A DNA stretch of 43,716 bases. It comes from a virus. Taxonomy: Duplodnaviria; Caudoviricetes. The position numbers and the translations under genes were made by a program. Positions 35,909 to 43,716 of this stretch are shown in pieces. How positions within the stretch are numbered: position 1 is the stretch's first letter; every line of letters starts with the position of its first letter. The notes beneath the pieces are model-generated. The model had not been told where the DNA came from. It ran no database searches and saw nothing but the letters and a program-made list of their open reading frames with translations. The DNA is taken from positions 1-43,716 of the IMG/VR virus record IMGVR_UViG_3300036546_000107; one strand, 5' to 3'.

Positions 35909-38900
35909 ATGGACAAAGAATACACGCCAGGACCTCGTAATGCAGGACAGTCTGGATTACGGCTCCCTAAAGCAGTGTATGATTTGGTCGGACAGGAGGG
36001 GCAGCAAGCCCCTTCAACCCCTCAAATCAGACTGCCTCAGTCTGTTCAAGCTCTGCTCGGACCGCAAGAAGTCCCAGCCGAACTTGAGACAGGTATCATT
36101 CCATCTATCAAACGTGGTGCAGGTCAAACCTTTGCATCTCTAGCTAACCTGTTTGGCCAAGATGATTGGGCTCAAATGGGTACTGAATACGCACTGCAAT
36201 TTCCAAAAGAAGTTCCAGACATTCAATCTGTTAAAAGTCTTTCTGACCTTGGTACGTTTGCTGTAGAATCTGCGGCGGAAAACGTGGCCAACATGTTGCT
36301 ACTCGGCCTTGGTGCTGTGGGCGGTATGTTTGCTGGTGCTCCAGTAATGGTCGGTGTTGGTGTAACTAACTTTGCGTTGCAAGCTGGTGAAGCCAAGATG
36401 ACCGTTGAGTCTGAAGGTGGTGAAGCTACTCTGGCTAATGTCGGTATTCCAGCAGCACTTAACACTGCACTTGATACTTTCTCTTTGCTGAAAATTGCAG
36501 AGAAAGCGAACGTGTTGAGTAAGACTGTAAAGGTTATGGACGAAGCAGCGGAGGCTTCTGGTCTAGGCGCTCGTTTGAAAGAAGGGGTTAAAGCAGGCTC
36601 ATTTGCGTTAATGTCTGAAGGCTCTACCGAAGCTATTCAGTCATACAACAATATGGTTGCTGCTAAACTTGCTACTGATAAAAGTTTCCGCGAAGCTATT
36701 TCTCTGAATGGGGACGATGTTGACGAGTTATTAAACTCATTTGCAGCGGGCGGTCTAGGTGCGGCAGTTACTGCTGGCCCAGCTGCTGCTGTTCTTAAAC
36801 CTCGTACAAAACTTGAGAAAGCTATTGTCGAAAAACCTGAAGATGAGACAGCAGTACGAGCACCACGCAAGGCTCCAATCCAGCCAACCGAAGTCGACAA
36901 CGACCCAATGACTGGTAAAGACCCGCAACGTGAAGCTCCACCAGCACCAAAAGATACTGCTCCAATTGAGACTGGTGATGAAGTTGCTGCTACACAGGAA
37001 GCCGGTAAAGCAGGTGAACCAATGGCTACTGCCGTTGACCCTGTTGCTTCTATCAACGAGCTTAAAGCTCAGGTTGATAATCTTCGTTCTGGTTTGGTGC
37101 AACAAGGCGAAAAGGCTGGTACTAATAATCCAATGATTCGGGAGTTTGGTGGTGTCCTTTTGGGTACTAAAGACCAACGAGCTGTTGGTGAAAATTATTT
37201 GAACATGCCAATGACCCAAGCCATTGCTCCGATTGCAGTTAAAAATTTGGCGGATGGTACTACGTCAAATTACCTGGAAACAGGTTTAATTGGCAAGCCA
37301 GGTGTTTACATGGAAGCTGGTTTTGCCTCTAGTTTGAGCAACGAAAGCAATGTTCAGGTACAGGCTTTGATGCAACAAATGCAGCAAAAGTTTATGCCTA
37401 ATGCGAAAATTGTACTTGCTAATAGTCGTACCATTGGACTGGATACTTCTGTAAATGGTGCAATGGCTACAATGGATGTTATGGGTAATCCACTGTATGT
37501 AATTGGCTTGAACTCTCATGCTTATTCCAATGTATGGTCTCGCCAAATCTTAGGTGATTCTAAGGAGGCTCAACAAGCACGTAAGGATGCAGTTGATTCT
37601 GCTATGGTTGCGACAGCGATGCACGAGTTTGGCCATGCAAATCTGCAAGAAAACTTCATTAATGAAGAGCCTGCGGTTAAGGATGCGGTTTACGCTGATT
37701 ATCAGAAATGGCTTGATAGTCTGAAAACTATGAGTCTTTCAGAGTATATCCAGTCACGATATAATCCTGGTTCAACAGCATATTATATGACTGCAATTCC
37801 AAAAGAGTTTCACAATATGCCTTTTACCGAGGCTATTACTAAAGTGTTCAATTGGAACTCAGAAAATTTAGCTTACAATATTTCATTTGAAGAGTATGCA
37901 GCTGATGTTATGGCTCGCTATGCTGCGAAAGATAAAGGACTGAAAACTACCTTGTCGAAAGAAAGTAAACCTTTCTGGACTCGTATGTATTCAGTCTTTA
38001 AAGCTATTTTCAATGAGTTCAAAGGGCTGATGAAAACATCCAAAACCTTTACGGATTGGTTGACAATGAAACAGCTCCAGAATACGATTGATGCTGTGGA
38101 TTCAATTCCACTAGCATCTAACTCCGTTAATGCTGAATATGCCCAGCTATTGAAGAATGACTTTGGTAAATTAATTGATGCTATTAATTTACCAATTAAT
38201 GGTGCTATCAGGTTTAATGACCAAGCAGGAACACTCCTGGATGATGCAGCACAGTTGGAAGCGCTGCGTCGACACCAACGTGTAAGTACAGGTTTTACTC
38301 GTCGTTGGGGTGGACGTTTCCTGACACCATCGCAGATTGCGGAACGTTATAAAGTAAGCGAAGCCGGTGTTTACATGCAGCACGTTTATGACTTCCACAA
38401 AACTAAGATGCGTGGCATTGGTCAAGCGGATGAAGTGTCTAAGGACTGGATGCGTTTACCACAAGCGCAGGCTGATAACTTGGGACGATTCGTCTATGAT
38501 ATGTCGGAGTTAAGTGACCGATTGAATCGCCGTCTATCGTCGGATGAGATGCAATCATTACGTGAAAAGCACGGTATCAACGCCGATACATACGACATTT
38601 ATTCACGGATGGATGACACGTTCAAAGAGATTCTGGAACGTCTACAACGTTCGCTTGTAAAGGATGTTGCCCGTCAATATACCAATGACGCCGAAGGTTT
38701 TACGCAAGCGTATCTGCAAACGTCCGACCCGTTACAACGGGCGCAATTGTTTGCATCATACGGAATCGAGGATATGGCCGCGATTATGACGTCACTGAAA
38801 GGGGTGGAAGATTCATTCCGTCAGTTACGTAACCGTAACTATTTTCCTCGTATGCGTTTCGGCTCATATACCATTACTGTGAAAAGGAAGGAGATTGTTG

Positions 38901-41014
38901 ACGGAAAATTACGCACAAACGTTCAGGAGTTCTTAACGTTTGAAAACCAAACAGAACGTGATAAGATGTACAAAGAATATCTGAAAGATTACGACAGTGA
39001 CATTGAAGCTGGTACAATCGACATTCAGGCTTCTAAGTTGGATGACACAACTCGGTCACTGTATGGTATGCCGCAGTTGGTTATTGACCGAATCGCTAAC
39101 TCGTTGCGTAATCCTGAAATTGGTACTGGTTTGACTGATAAGCAAGAACAAGCGCTGCGTGATATTTCATTAGACTTGTCACCTGGTCGTCGTTACTTGC
39201 GTCATATGCAGAAACGTAAAAACACAGCGGGCTTCTCTACAGAAGCGATGCGCACTTACGCTGCGTATATGACAAACGCATCAAACCATTTGGCGCGTGT
39301 TGAGCATACACCTGACATGACTGCTGCACTGCGCGATTTGCGTTTAGTTCAGCGTGACTCACAAGGTGATGTTACAGACTTGGCAGAACTGGAGTCGTAC
39401 TACACTGACCACTTTAAGTATTTGTTGAACCCAGAAAATGACTGGGCTAAACTACGTGCTTTTGGTTTCCTGTGGTACCTCGGTTTCAACGTTAAGTCTG
39501 CTTTGGTGAACACAACCCAGTTGCCAATGGTAACATACCCATACCTAGCCTCGCGCTATGGTGACGCATCTACAGTTGTGCAGATGGTCAAAGGGATGAA
39601 AGACGTGGTTGCCCACTATGTTTCTCGCAAAGACTACAGTCAAGCAGAGCAACGTTTGATGGACAAACTTTTGGAGGAAGGTGTAATTGATGAATCAATG
39701 GCGTCTGACCTAGCAGGTCTATCGGAAGGTACTGCGTTGCAACGCATCATGCCAACCAATAAGGCGCACCGTGTTGTTAACGGGCTGAACTATTACGGAG
39801 GCTACCTATTTGGCGTCGCCGAAAAATTCAACCGTCAAGCAACCGCACTGGCAGCTTTCCGTTTACATATGAAAGAAACCAGTGACTTTGATTCATCATA
39901 CAAGGTTGCTAAGGATGCAATCCATAAATCCCAGTTCGAATACGCTAAGTATAACCGACCTGAGTTTATGCGTGGTAAGAAGTCTGCTTTCTTCTTATTC
40001 TACAACTACACTCAGCAATTCCTATACTTAACTTTTGCTGGTGGCAAGACCGCACAAGACCGAGGCACTGCTGTTCGTATGATGGCTATGCTGTTCGTAA
40101 TGGCGGGCGTGCAGGGTTTACCTTTTGCAGAATATATCCTATCCACTATCGACATGCTGGGAACCCAGTTGAAGAAATGGACAGGGATGGAAAATCCAAA
40201 GGTAAATATTCGTCAGGATATTCGCGAGCTTATCCAGGACTTGGGTATGAACCCTGATGTAATCATGCACGGGGCAGGTCGTTTCTTGGGTGCTGGCCCT
40301 CTGAAAATTCTAGAGATGTTTGGAGTACCAGTTCCAAACCTAGATATTTCAGGTTCATTGAGTATGGGTGAACCATTACCTGGTTTCCGTACACAGAACT
40401 TGCAGGGTTCGCCTTCGGAAATTGCTGGTCAATTGTTGCTAAACGGACTGGGCCCAATCCCTAACATTGGCCTGGAGATGTGGAATGCGGTATCATCCAC
40501 TGACCCAGACAGTTGGAAGCGATTGGAGAAAGCTCTACCAGTATTTGCTAAGGGCATTAGCAAGGCAGGTCGTTACTACGAACGCGGAGGTGAAACCTCA
40601 CGTGGTGGTGCGCAATTCCTTCCTTATGACGGTAACGACCCATACGAAGCTGGTGAGGTGATTGCACAAGCGCTAGGCTTTACATCTACACGTCTTGCGC
40701 AGAAACGTGCTATCTATGGGGAGCAAATGTCTACCGCACTTTATTGGACGGAACGACGTCAGCTACTTATGGAGCGTTACGCGTATGCTGTTAAGACAGG
40801 TGATAAGGCAGCCAAGGCAGAGGCTTTGCAGAACATTCGAGAGTATAATGGTGTGCTAACTAATAAGGAACTGAAACCTTATCGGATTAGTAATGCTAAC
40901 TTGAAGAATTCACTGCGGAGTAAGATGCGTGTTATTTCTTTGCGGGAGAGAGGATTGCCGACGACAACTCGTGACCGTCTAATCTATCGCGACGTTGAGG
41001 AATCGCACGAATAA
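35909..41014 (+). CDS. Large internal virion (ejection) protein with a zincin-like HExxH motif
   Basis: 1701 aa; hydrophobic Gly/Ala N-region; MHEFGH...FEEYAAD; last gene of the late operon. Confidence 0.8.
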   Translation: MDKEYTPGPRNAGQSGLRLPKAVYDLVGQEGQQAPSTPQIRLPQSVQALLGPQEVPAELETGIIPSIKRGAGQTFASLANLFGQDDWAQMGTEYALQFPKEVPDIQSVKSLSDLGTFAVESAAENVANMLLLGLGAVGGMFAGAPVMVGVGVTNFALQAGEAKMTVESEGGEATLANVGIPAALNTALDTFSLLKIAEKANVLSKTVKVMDEAAEASGLGARLKEGVKAGSFALMSEGSTEAIQSYNNMVAAKLATDKSFREAISLNGDDVDELLNSFAAGGLGAAVTAGPAAAVLKPRTKLEKAIVEKPEDETAVRAPRKAPIQPTEVDNDPMTGKDPQREAPPAPKDTAPIETGDEVAATQEAGKAGEPMATAVDPVASINELKAQVDNLRSGLVQQGEKAGTNNPMIREFGGVLLGTKDQRAVGENYLNMPMTQAIAPIAVKNLADGTTSNYLETGLIGKPGVYMEAGFASSLSNESNVQVQALMQQMQQKFMPNAKIVLANSRTIGLDTSVNGAMATMDVMGNPLYVIGLNSHAYSNVWSRQILGDSKEAQQARKDAVDSAMVATAMHEFGHANLQENFINEEPAVKDAVYADYQKWLDSLKTMSLSEYIQSRYNPGSTAYYMTAIPKEFHNMPFTEAITKVFNWNSENLAYNISFEEYAADVMARYAAKDKGLKTTLSKESKPFWTRMYSVFKAIFNEFKGLMKTSKTFTDWLTMKQLQNTIDAVDSIPLASNSVNAEYAQLLKNDFGKLIDAINLPINGAIRFNDQAGTLLDDAAQLEALRRHQRVSTGFTRRWGGRFLTPSQIAERYKVSEAGVYMQHVYDFHKTKMRGIGQADEVSKDWMRLPQAQADNLGRFVYDMSELSDRLNRRLSSDEMQSLREKHGINADTYDIYSRMDDTFKEILERLQRSLVKDVARQYTNDAEGFTQAYLQTSDPLQRAQLFASYGIEDMAAIMTSLKGVEDSFRQLRNRNYFPRMRFGSYTITVKRKEIVDGKLRTNVQEFLTFENQTERDKMYKEYLKDYDSDIEAGTIDIQASKLDDTTRSLYGMPQLVIDRIANSLRNPEIGTGLTDKQEQALRDISLDLSPGRRYLRHMQKRKNTAGFSTEAMRTYAAYMTNASNHLARVEHTPDMTAALRDLRLVQRDSQGDVTDLAELESYYTDHFKYLLNPENDWAKLRAFGFLWYLGFNVKSALVNTTQLPMVTYPYLASRYGDASTVVQMVKGMKDVVAHYVSRKDYSQAEQRLMDKLLEEGVIDESMASDLAGLSEGTALQRIMPTNKAHRVVNGLNYYGGYLFGVAEKFNRQATALAAFRLHMKETSDFDSSYKVAKDAIHKSQFEYAKYNRPEFMRGKKSAFFLFYNYTQQFLYLTFAGGKTAQDRGTAVRMMAMLFVMAGVQGLPFAEYILSTIDMLGTQLKKWTGMENPKVNIRQDIRELIQDLGMNPDVIMHGAGRFLGAGPLKILEMFGVPVPNLDISGSLSMGEPLPGFRTQNLQGSPSEIAGQLLLNGLGPIPNIGLEMWNAVSSTDPDSWKRLEKALPVFAKGISKAGRYYERGGETSRGGAQFLPYDGNDPYEAGEVIAQALGFTSTRLAQKRAIYGEQMSTALYWTERRQLLMERYAYAVKTGDKAAKAEALQNIREYNGVLTNKELKPYRISNANLKNSLRSKMRVISLRERGLPTTTRDRLIYRDVEESHE

Positions 41015-41035
41015 AAACGCTTCGCGTCAATAAAG

Positions 41036-41056
41036 AGAGGGGCTTAATGCCCCTCT
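41036..41056. terminator. Hairpin between convergent operons (possible bidirectional terminator)
   Basis: agaggggc-ttaat-gcccctct overlapping the 41044 stop. Confidence 0.55.
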
Positions 41057-42342
41057 TTCAACTGGTCTTTCAACTTGATTTCTTCTTCTGAGAGCTTGTA
41101 GCTTTCAGGGTTCTTCAAGTTGTGCGTCGCTTTCAACATACCCCCAGTTGCGGTGGTTATCATTTTGAGGAAGCCCGCGCTAACGCCTGCATTCACAGCC
41201 CTGTCAAAAGCCTCGTAACTCATTCGAGAACTTAGCTTGCTGAACAAGTCTTTCTTGCTAATCCCAGAAGGACTGAGCATAACTTGTTTCTTAACAATCT
41301 GTAAATTGCCTGCATCCCTGTCATCACTGATGACGTTGTAAACTTTATCGAGGTTCTGTTCACATACTGCAAGTAAAGCCAGTGCCCGTTTCAAATCATC
41401 AACCGTAATAACTTTTTTGTTATCACGAGCGGCGCTAAGGCACATTCCAATCTTGTGCATGTGCGTCTGCTTACGTGCCCAGTAACCGCCCAAGCGGTCG
41501 TCTTTCAAGTGTTCTGGACGATTCTTATTATGGTTCTCGTACCATTCCTTACCAAACGCTTTTGCTTCGTCATCGAGTTTAAATTCACCCTCGATAAGAC
41601 TAATGCGCGTTAAGTCCTCAATAAGTTTCCGGCGCTTATGGAAATGGTCTTTCGGAACATAGTCCGCAGGATAAGCAACTAACTGCTCTTTCTTATCCGC
41701 ATAAATGAATAATGTTCGCGAGGTGAAACCACCACCAATTGCATACTCCGGTAAACTTGATTGAATCCAGCTCGGTGTCGTACAACCAATTAGGTTAATC
41801 CAAGGAGACTCAATTGTAACCACGCCTCCACCTACCGTTTTTCGTGTCAGTGGTTTATCTTTTGCATCCCACAAATCCACTATGACGTCAACCATTTCAG
41901 GGTCTCTGAAGTTTAGGAATGTTCCTAACTCAGACGCTTCAAAGGTTACACAACTCTGTTGTTCACGCTTTTGACCAATAGTAAATGTTTCGGTACTTTC
42001 AGCCAGCGAGCCGAGCAATGCCTGCCATGTACAGGAACTCGGGCCAAAGTTGATTCCAGGGACACAACGCAGCAAGTCGGTTCCCACACCAGATGTGGTT
42101 GACTTTGCTACAACTCCTGGAGGTGCTACAAAGATTATAAACTGGTTTGGTTTCCATTTAAAATATCCCATGTCAATGTGACACTTGCCACGCAGCGCTC
42201 CAGCTATCATACTGATTGCAGTCCAAATATGGTAATCAGTTGGTGACTCTAGATGCTTAGTGTACCCTAGGTAAGCTCCAATGAAATTGTCAAAGTTACG
42301 AGGCGTTCGCTTGAGTGCGTCCACATCCAACTTTACTTTCAT
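41044..42342 (-). CDS. DUF3987-like P-loop ATPase (putative replicative helicase)
   Basis: VAPPGVVAKST Walker A-like, ASELGTFL, LWD, GGGFTSR; coupled downstream of polA-C. Confidence 0.7.
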   Translation of the reverse strand: MKVKLDVDALKRTPRNFDNFIGAYLGYTKHLESPTDYHIWTAISMIAGALRGKCHIDMGYFKWKPNQFIIFVAPPGVVAKSTTSGVGTDLLRCVPGINFGPSSCTWQALLGSLAESTETFTIGQKREQQSCVTFEASELGTFLNFRDPEMVDVIVDLWDAKDKPLTRKTVGGGVVTIESPWINLIGCTTPSWIQSSLPEYAIGGGFTSRTLFIYADKKEQLVAYPADYVPKDHFHKRRKLIEDLTRISLIEGEFKLDDEAKAFGKEWYENHNKNRPEHLKDDRLGGYWARKQTHMHKIGMCLSAARDNKKVITVDDLKRALALLAVCEQNLDKVYNVISDDRDAGNLQIVKKQVMLSPSGISKKDLFSKLSSRMSYEAFDRAVNAGVSAGFLKMITTATGGMLKATHNLKNPESYKLSEEEIKLKDQLKEGH

Positions 42343-43229
42343 AAAGGCTCTCCGGTTTTCCAGTTATATGGTTTAACCTCCCCATAGGAGTGCGAAGAAA
42401 CCTCAGGACTTCCCAGCCCAATTGTCAGCGGGTCGTCGTAAGGTATCTTTATTAGCATACACTCGCGCACCTCAGGTAGCAATGATTTCAGGTCTTTCTC
42501 CCTTATGCGCATTACTAGGGAGTCATGGACTTGAAACGCCACTTCAATAAAATCTTTGTTCTTCCCGTACGCAGCACCGAATCCATGAAAGCCGTTAATC
42601 TGTCTCTCAATGTTAGTCCACCCTGCGTTAATAACATTTCCGACAGTGGACTGCGGAACCCATGCTTGTGCTTCTGCCAGAGTATTGTGGTCAACTCGTC
42701 CGAGGAAAGTGCGACGAAATCCGAACTTGTTCTCCACGTAACCTCGTCCCATAACTTCTTGTTCTGTTCGATTGTGCCACTCTTTAATCTCAGGGTTAAG
42801 TTTGAACCATGTATCAATAAAGTCCTGAGCTTCATATGTGGTACAATCGAGTGCCTTTGCAAGCGTAGGAGCTGTTGTCCGATAATTAGTGGCGTGTGCT
42901 CCTGCTTTAAGTGGCTTTCGCCAAGTGTCTTCAGCTTTAACCATAACGACTCCATCGCCAAGGTTTTCTTCGTACCTTCCAACCACTTCACCTTTAATTC
43001 CCTCGAAGAATGCAAAGGCATTTTCGGAGTGGAAATCAAGTGTAGGGTCTCGGAAGATTTTCTTGAGTCGCTCACAATTACTCTCCCAAGCTACGACCTG
43101 AGCATCCGCTTGCTCTAAGTCAACGTCAACGTAAACCCAGCCAGGTTGTGGAATGAACAGCTTCTTAATGTTAGGAAGCTGGCATTTCAGTCCATACTTA
43201 TCAGCAAGGTAGTGCGGTTTCTTCGCCAT
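42339..43229 (-). CDS. polA: DNA polymerase A, C-terminal catalytic subunit (motifs A, B, C)
   Basis: DVDLEQADAQ (A), RKPLKAGAHATNY (B), GYVENKFGFRR, QST, FQVHDSL (C); own RBS GAGGAGG-N6-ATG. Confidence 0.92.
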   Translation of the reverse strand: MAKKPHYLADKYGLKCQLPNIKKLFIPQPGWVYVDVDLEQADAQVVAWESNCERLKKIFRDPTLDFHSENAFAFFEGIKGEVVGRYEENLGDGVVMVKAEDTWRKPLKAGAHATNYRTTAPTLAKALDCTTYEAQDFIDTWFKLNPEIKEWHNRTEQEVMGRGYVENKFGFRRTFLGRVDHNTLAEAQAWVPQSTVGNVINAGWTNIERQINGFHGFGAAYGKNKDFIEVAFQVHDSLVMRIREKDLKSLLPEVRECMLIKIPYDDPLTIGLGSPEVSSHSYGEVKPYNWKTGEPL

Positions 43230-43558
43230 TACCAACCTCCTCGGAGGATACCGTCAGCATTAAGATAGTAACCAAGACGTTCATCTCGGTTCTCGACCGC
43301 AAGTGCTCGAGAGTTATGAAGCTCTGCACTCCACTTCTCCGACTCTATCCACGGTCTAATGTGCCCCTTTTTTGCGTACGCTTCCACGTCCTCCTTAGTC
43401 GCCTTACGGATGACAAAAGGATTGTTATGAGGGTTACTACAGTTAACTGAACGAAAAACACCGTCGTTCTTCTGACCTTCTTTCAGGGTTTTCTTAGTCG
43501 CAATCATAATCTCTGCGATACCTGATGGACTCTTAATCCAGTAATAGTTTAGAATCAT
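43229..43558 (-). CDS. Hypothetical protein lying between the two polA halves
   Basis: 109-112 aa; its RBS (AAAGGAG) is supplied by the LPKGDG codons; TAATG-coupled to polA-C. Confidence 0.7.
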   Translation of the reverse strand: MILNYYWIKSPSGIAEIMIATKKTLKEGQKNDGVFRSVNCSNPHNNPFVIRKATKEDVEAYAKKGHIRPWIESEKWSAELHNSRALAVENRDERLGYYLNADGILRGGW

Positions 43559-43559
43559 T

Positions 43560-43716
43560 TTAACCATCTCCTTTGGGCAAATTCTGCAAGTTTAGGCCGA
43601 AGTCAAAAACGTCACCAGAACTCGCTAAGCGGTACGTTGTAGTTCCCGCTAGTTTGTACATACTGCGCATGTACCCATCATAGTCAGGGTGCGGTTGCAG
43701 GAAGGTACTATGAAAT
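43560..43716 (-). CDS. polA: 3' end of polA-N, HNH-free allele (partial)
   Basis: Encodes ...FGLNLQNLPKGDG*, the same peptide as 528-684, with different codons in the last ten positions. Confidence 0.85.
   Translation of the reverse strand, partial: FHSTFLQPHPDYDGYMRSMYKLAGTTTYRLASSGDVFDFGLNLQNLPKGDG

Noticed and set aside
38985-39005. DYDSD as an RNA polymerase DxDxD motif (virion RNAP to read the hairpins)
   Set aside because: It sits in a helical-looking acidic context, and no other single- or multi-subunit RNAP motifs are recognisable.
43230-43562. Group I intron joining the polA halves (GGT|TAA resembles phage intron 5' junctions)
   Set aside because: No convincing P3-P7 core; the interval is fully occupied by an ORF; polA-C has its own strong RBS; the HNH+ allele changes the junction to GGC TGA. 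RT-PCR would settle it.
43229-43565. T4 gene 60-type ribosomal bypass
   Set aside because: No matching in-frame landing codon (GGT/GGC) upstream of polA-C, and the gap is over 300 nt.
43449-43716. Biological terminal repeats or a real duplication of the polA end
   Set aside because: The 126/127-nt exact overlaps fall mid-gene and match assembler k-mer size. They are best explained as a bubble in a circular assembly graph.

Overview
This is an essentially complete, circularly permuted ~43 kb genome of a tailed dsDNA phage with podovirus-type morphogenesis genes. The host is probably a gammaproteobacterium (Vibrio-like is a guess). No integrase or repressor is recognisable. The minus strand (41.0-43.6 kb continuing into 0.1-17.7 kb) carries early and replication genes: a split family-A DNA polymerase with an N-terminal UDG-like domain, an HNH-AP2 endonuclease, a HAD phosphatase, a ParB-methyltransferase fusion, dUTPase, an SSB-like protein, a GroES-like protein, a Sak4-like ATPase, a PD-(D/E)XK exonuclease, an SF1 helicase and a DUF3987-like ATPase. 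The plus strand (18.4-41.0 kb) carries two paralogous stand-alone genes, lysis, packaging, head, tail and ejection genes. Four observations stand out. (1) The contig ends capture two alleles of one locus, with and without a 416-bp HNH cassette; the cassette rebuilds the last ten polA-N codons with nine synonymously recoded. (2) PolA is split into two separately translated genes and has His at the Pol I F762-equivalent position. (3) There is a rich non-coding architecture: a 58-bp inverted repeat around G-tracts, a ~225-nt branched structure, two related 140-160 nt rod hairpins, about 18 GC mini-hairpins mostly with GNA/GNNA loops (many abutting RBSs), and a recurrent 16-bp palindromic box. (4) No primase is recognisable. 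All functional calls come from motif recognition by eye; no searches were run.
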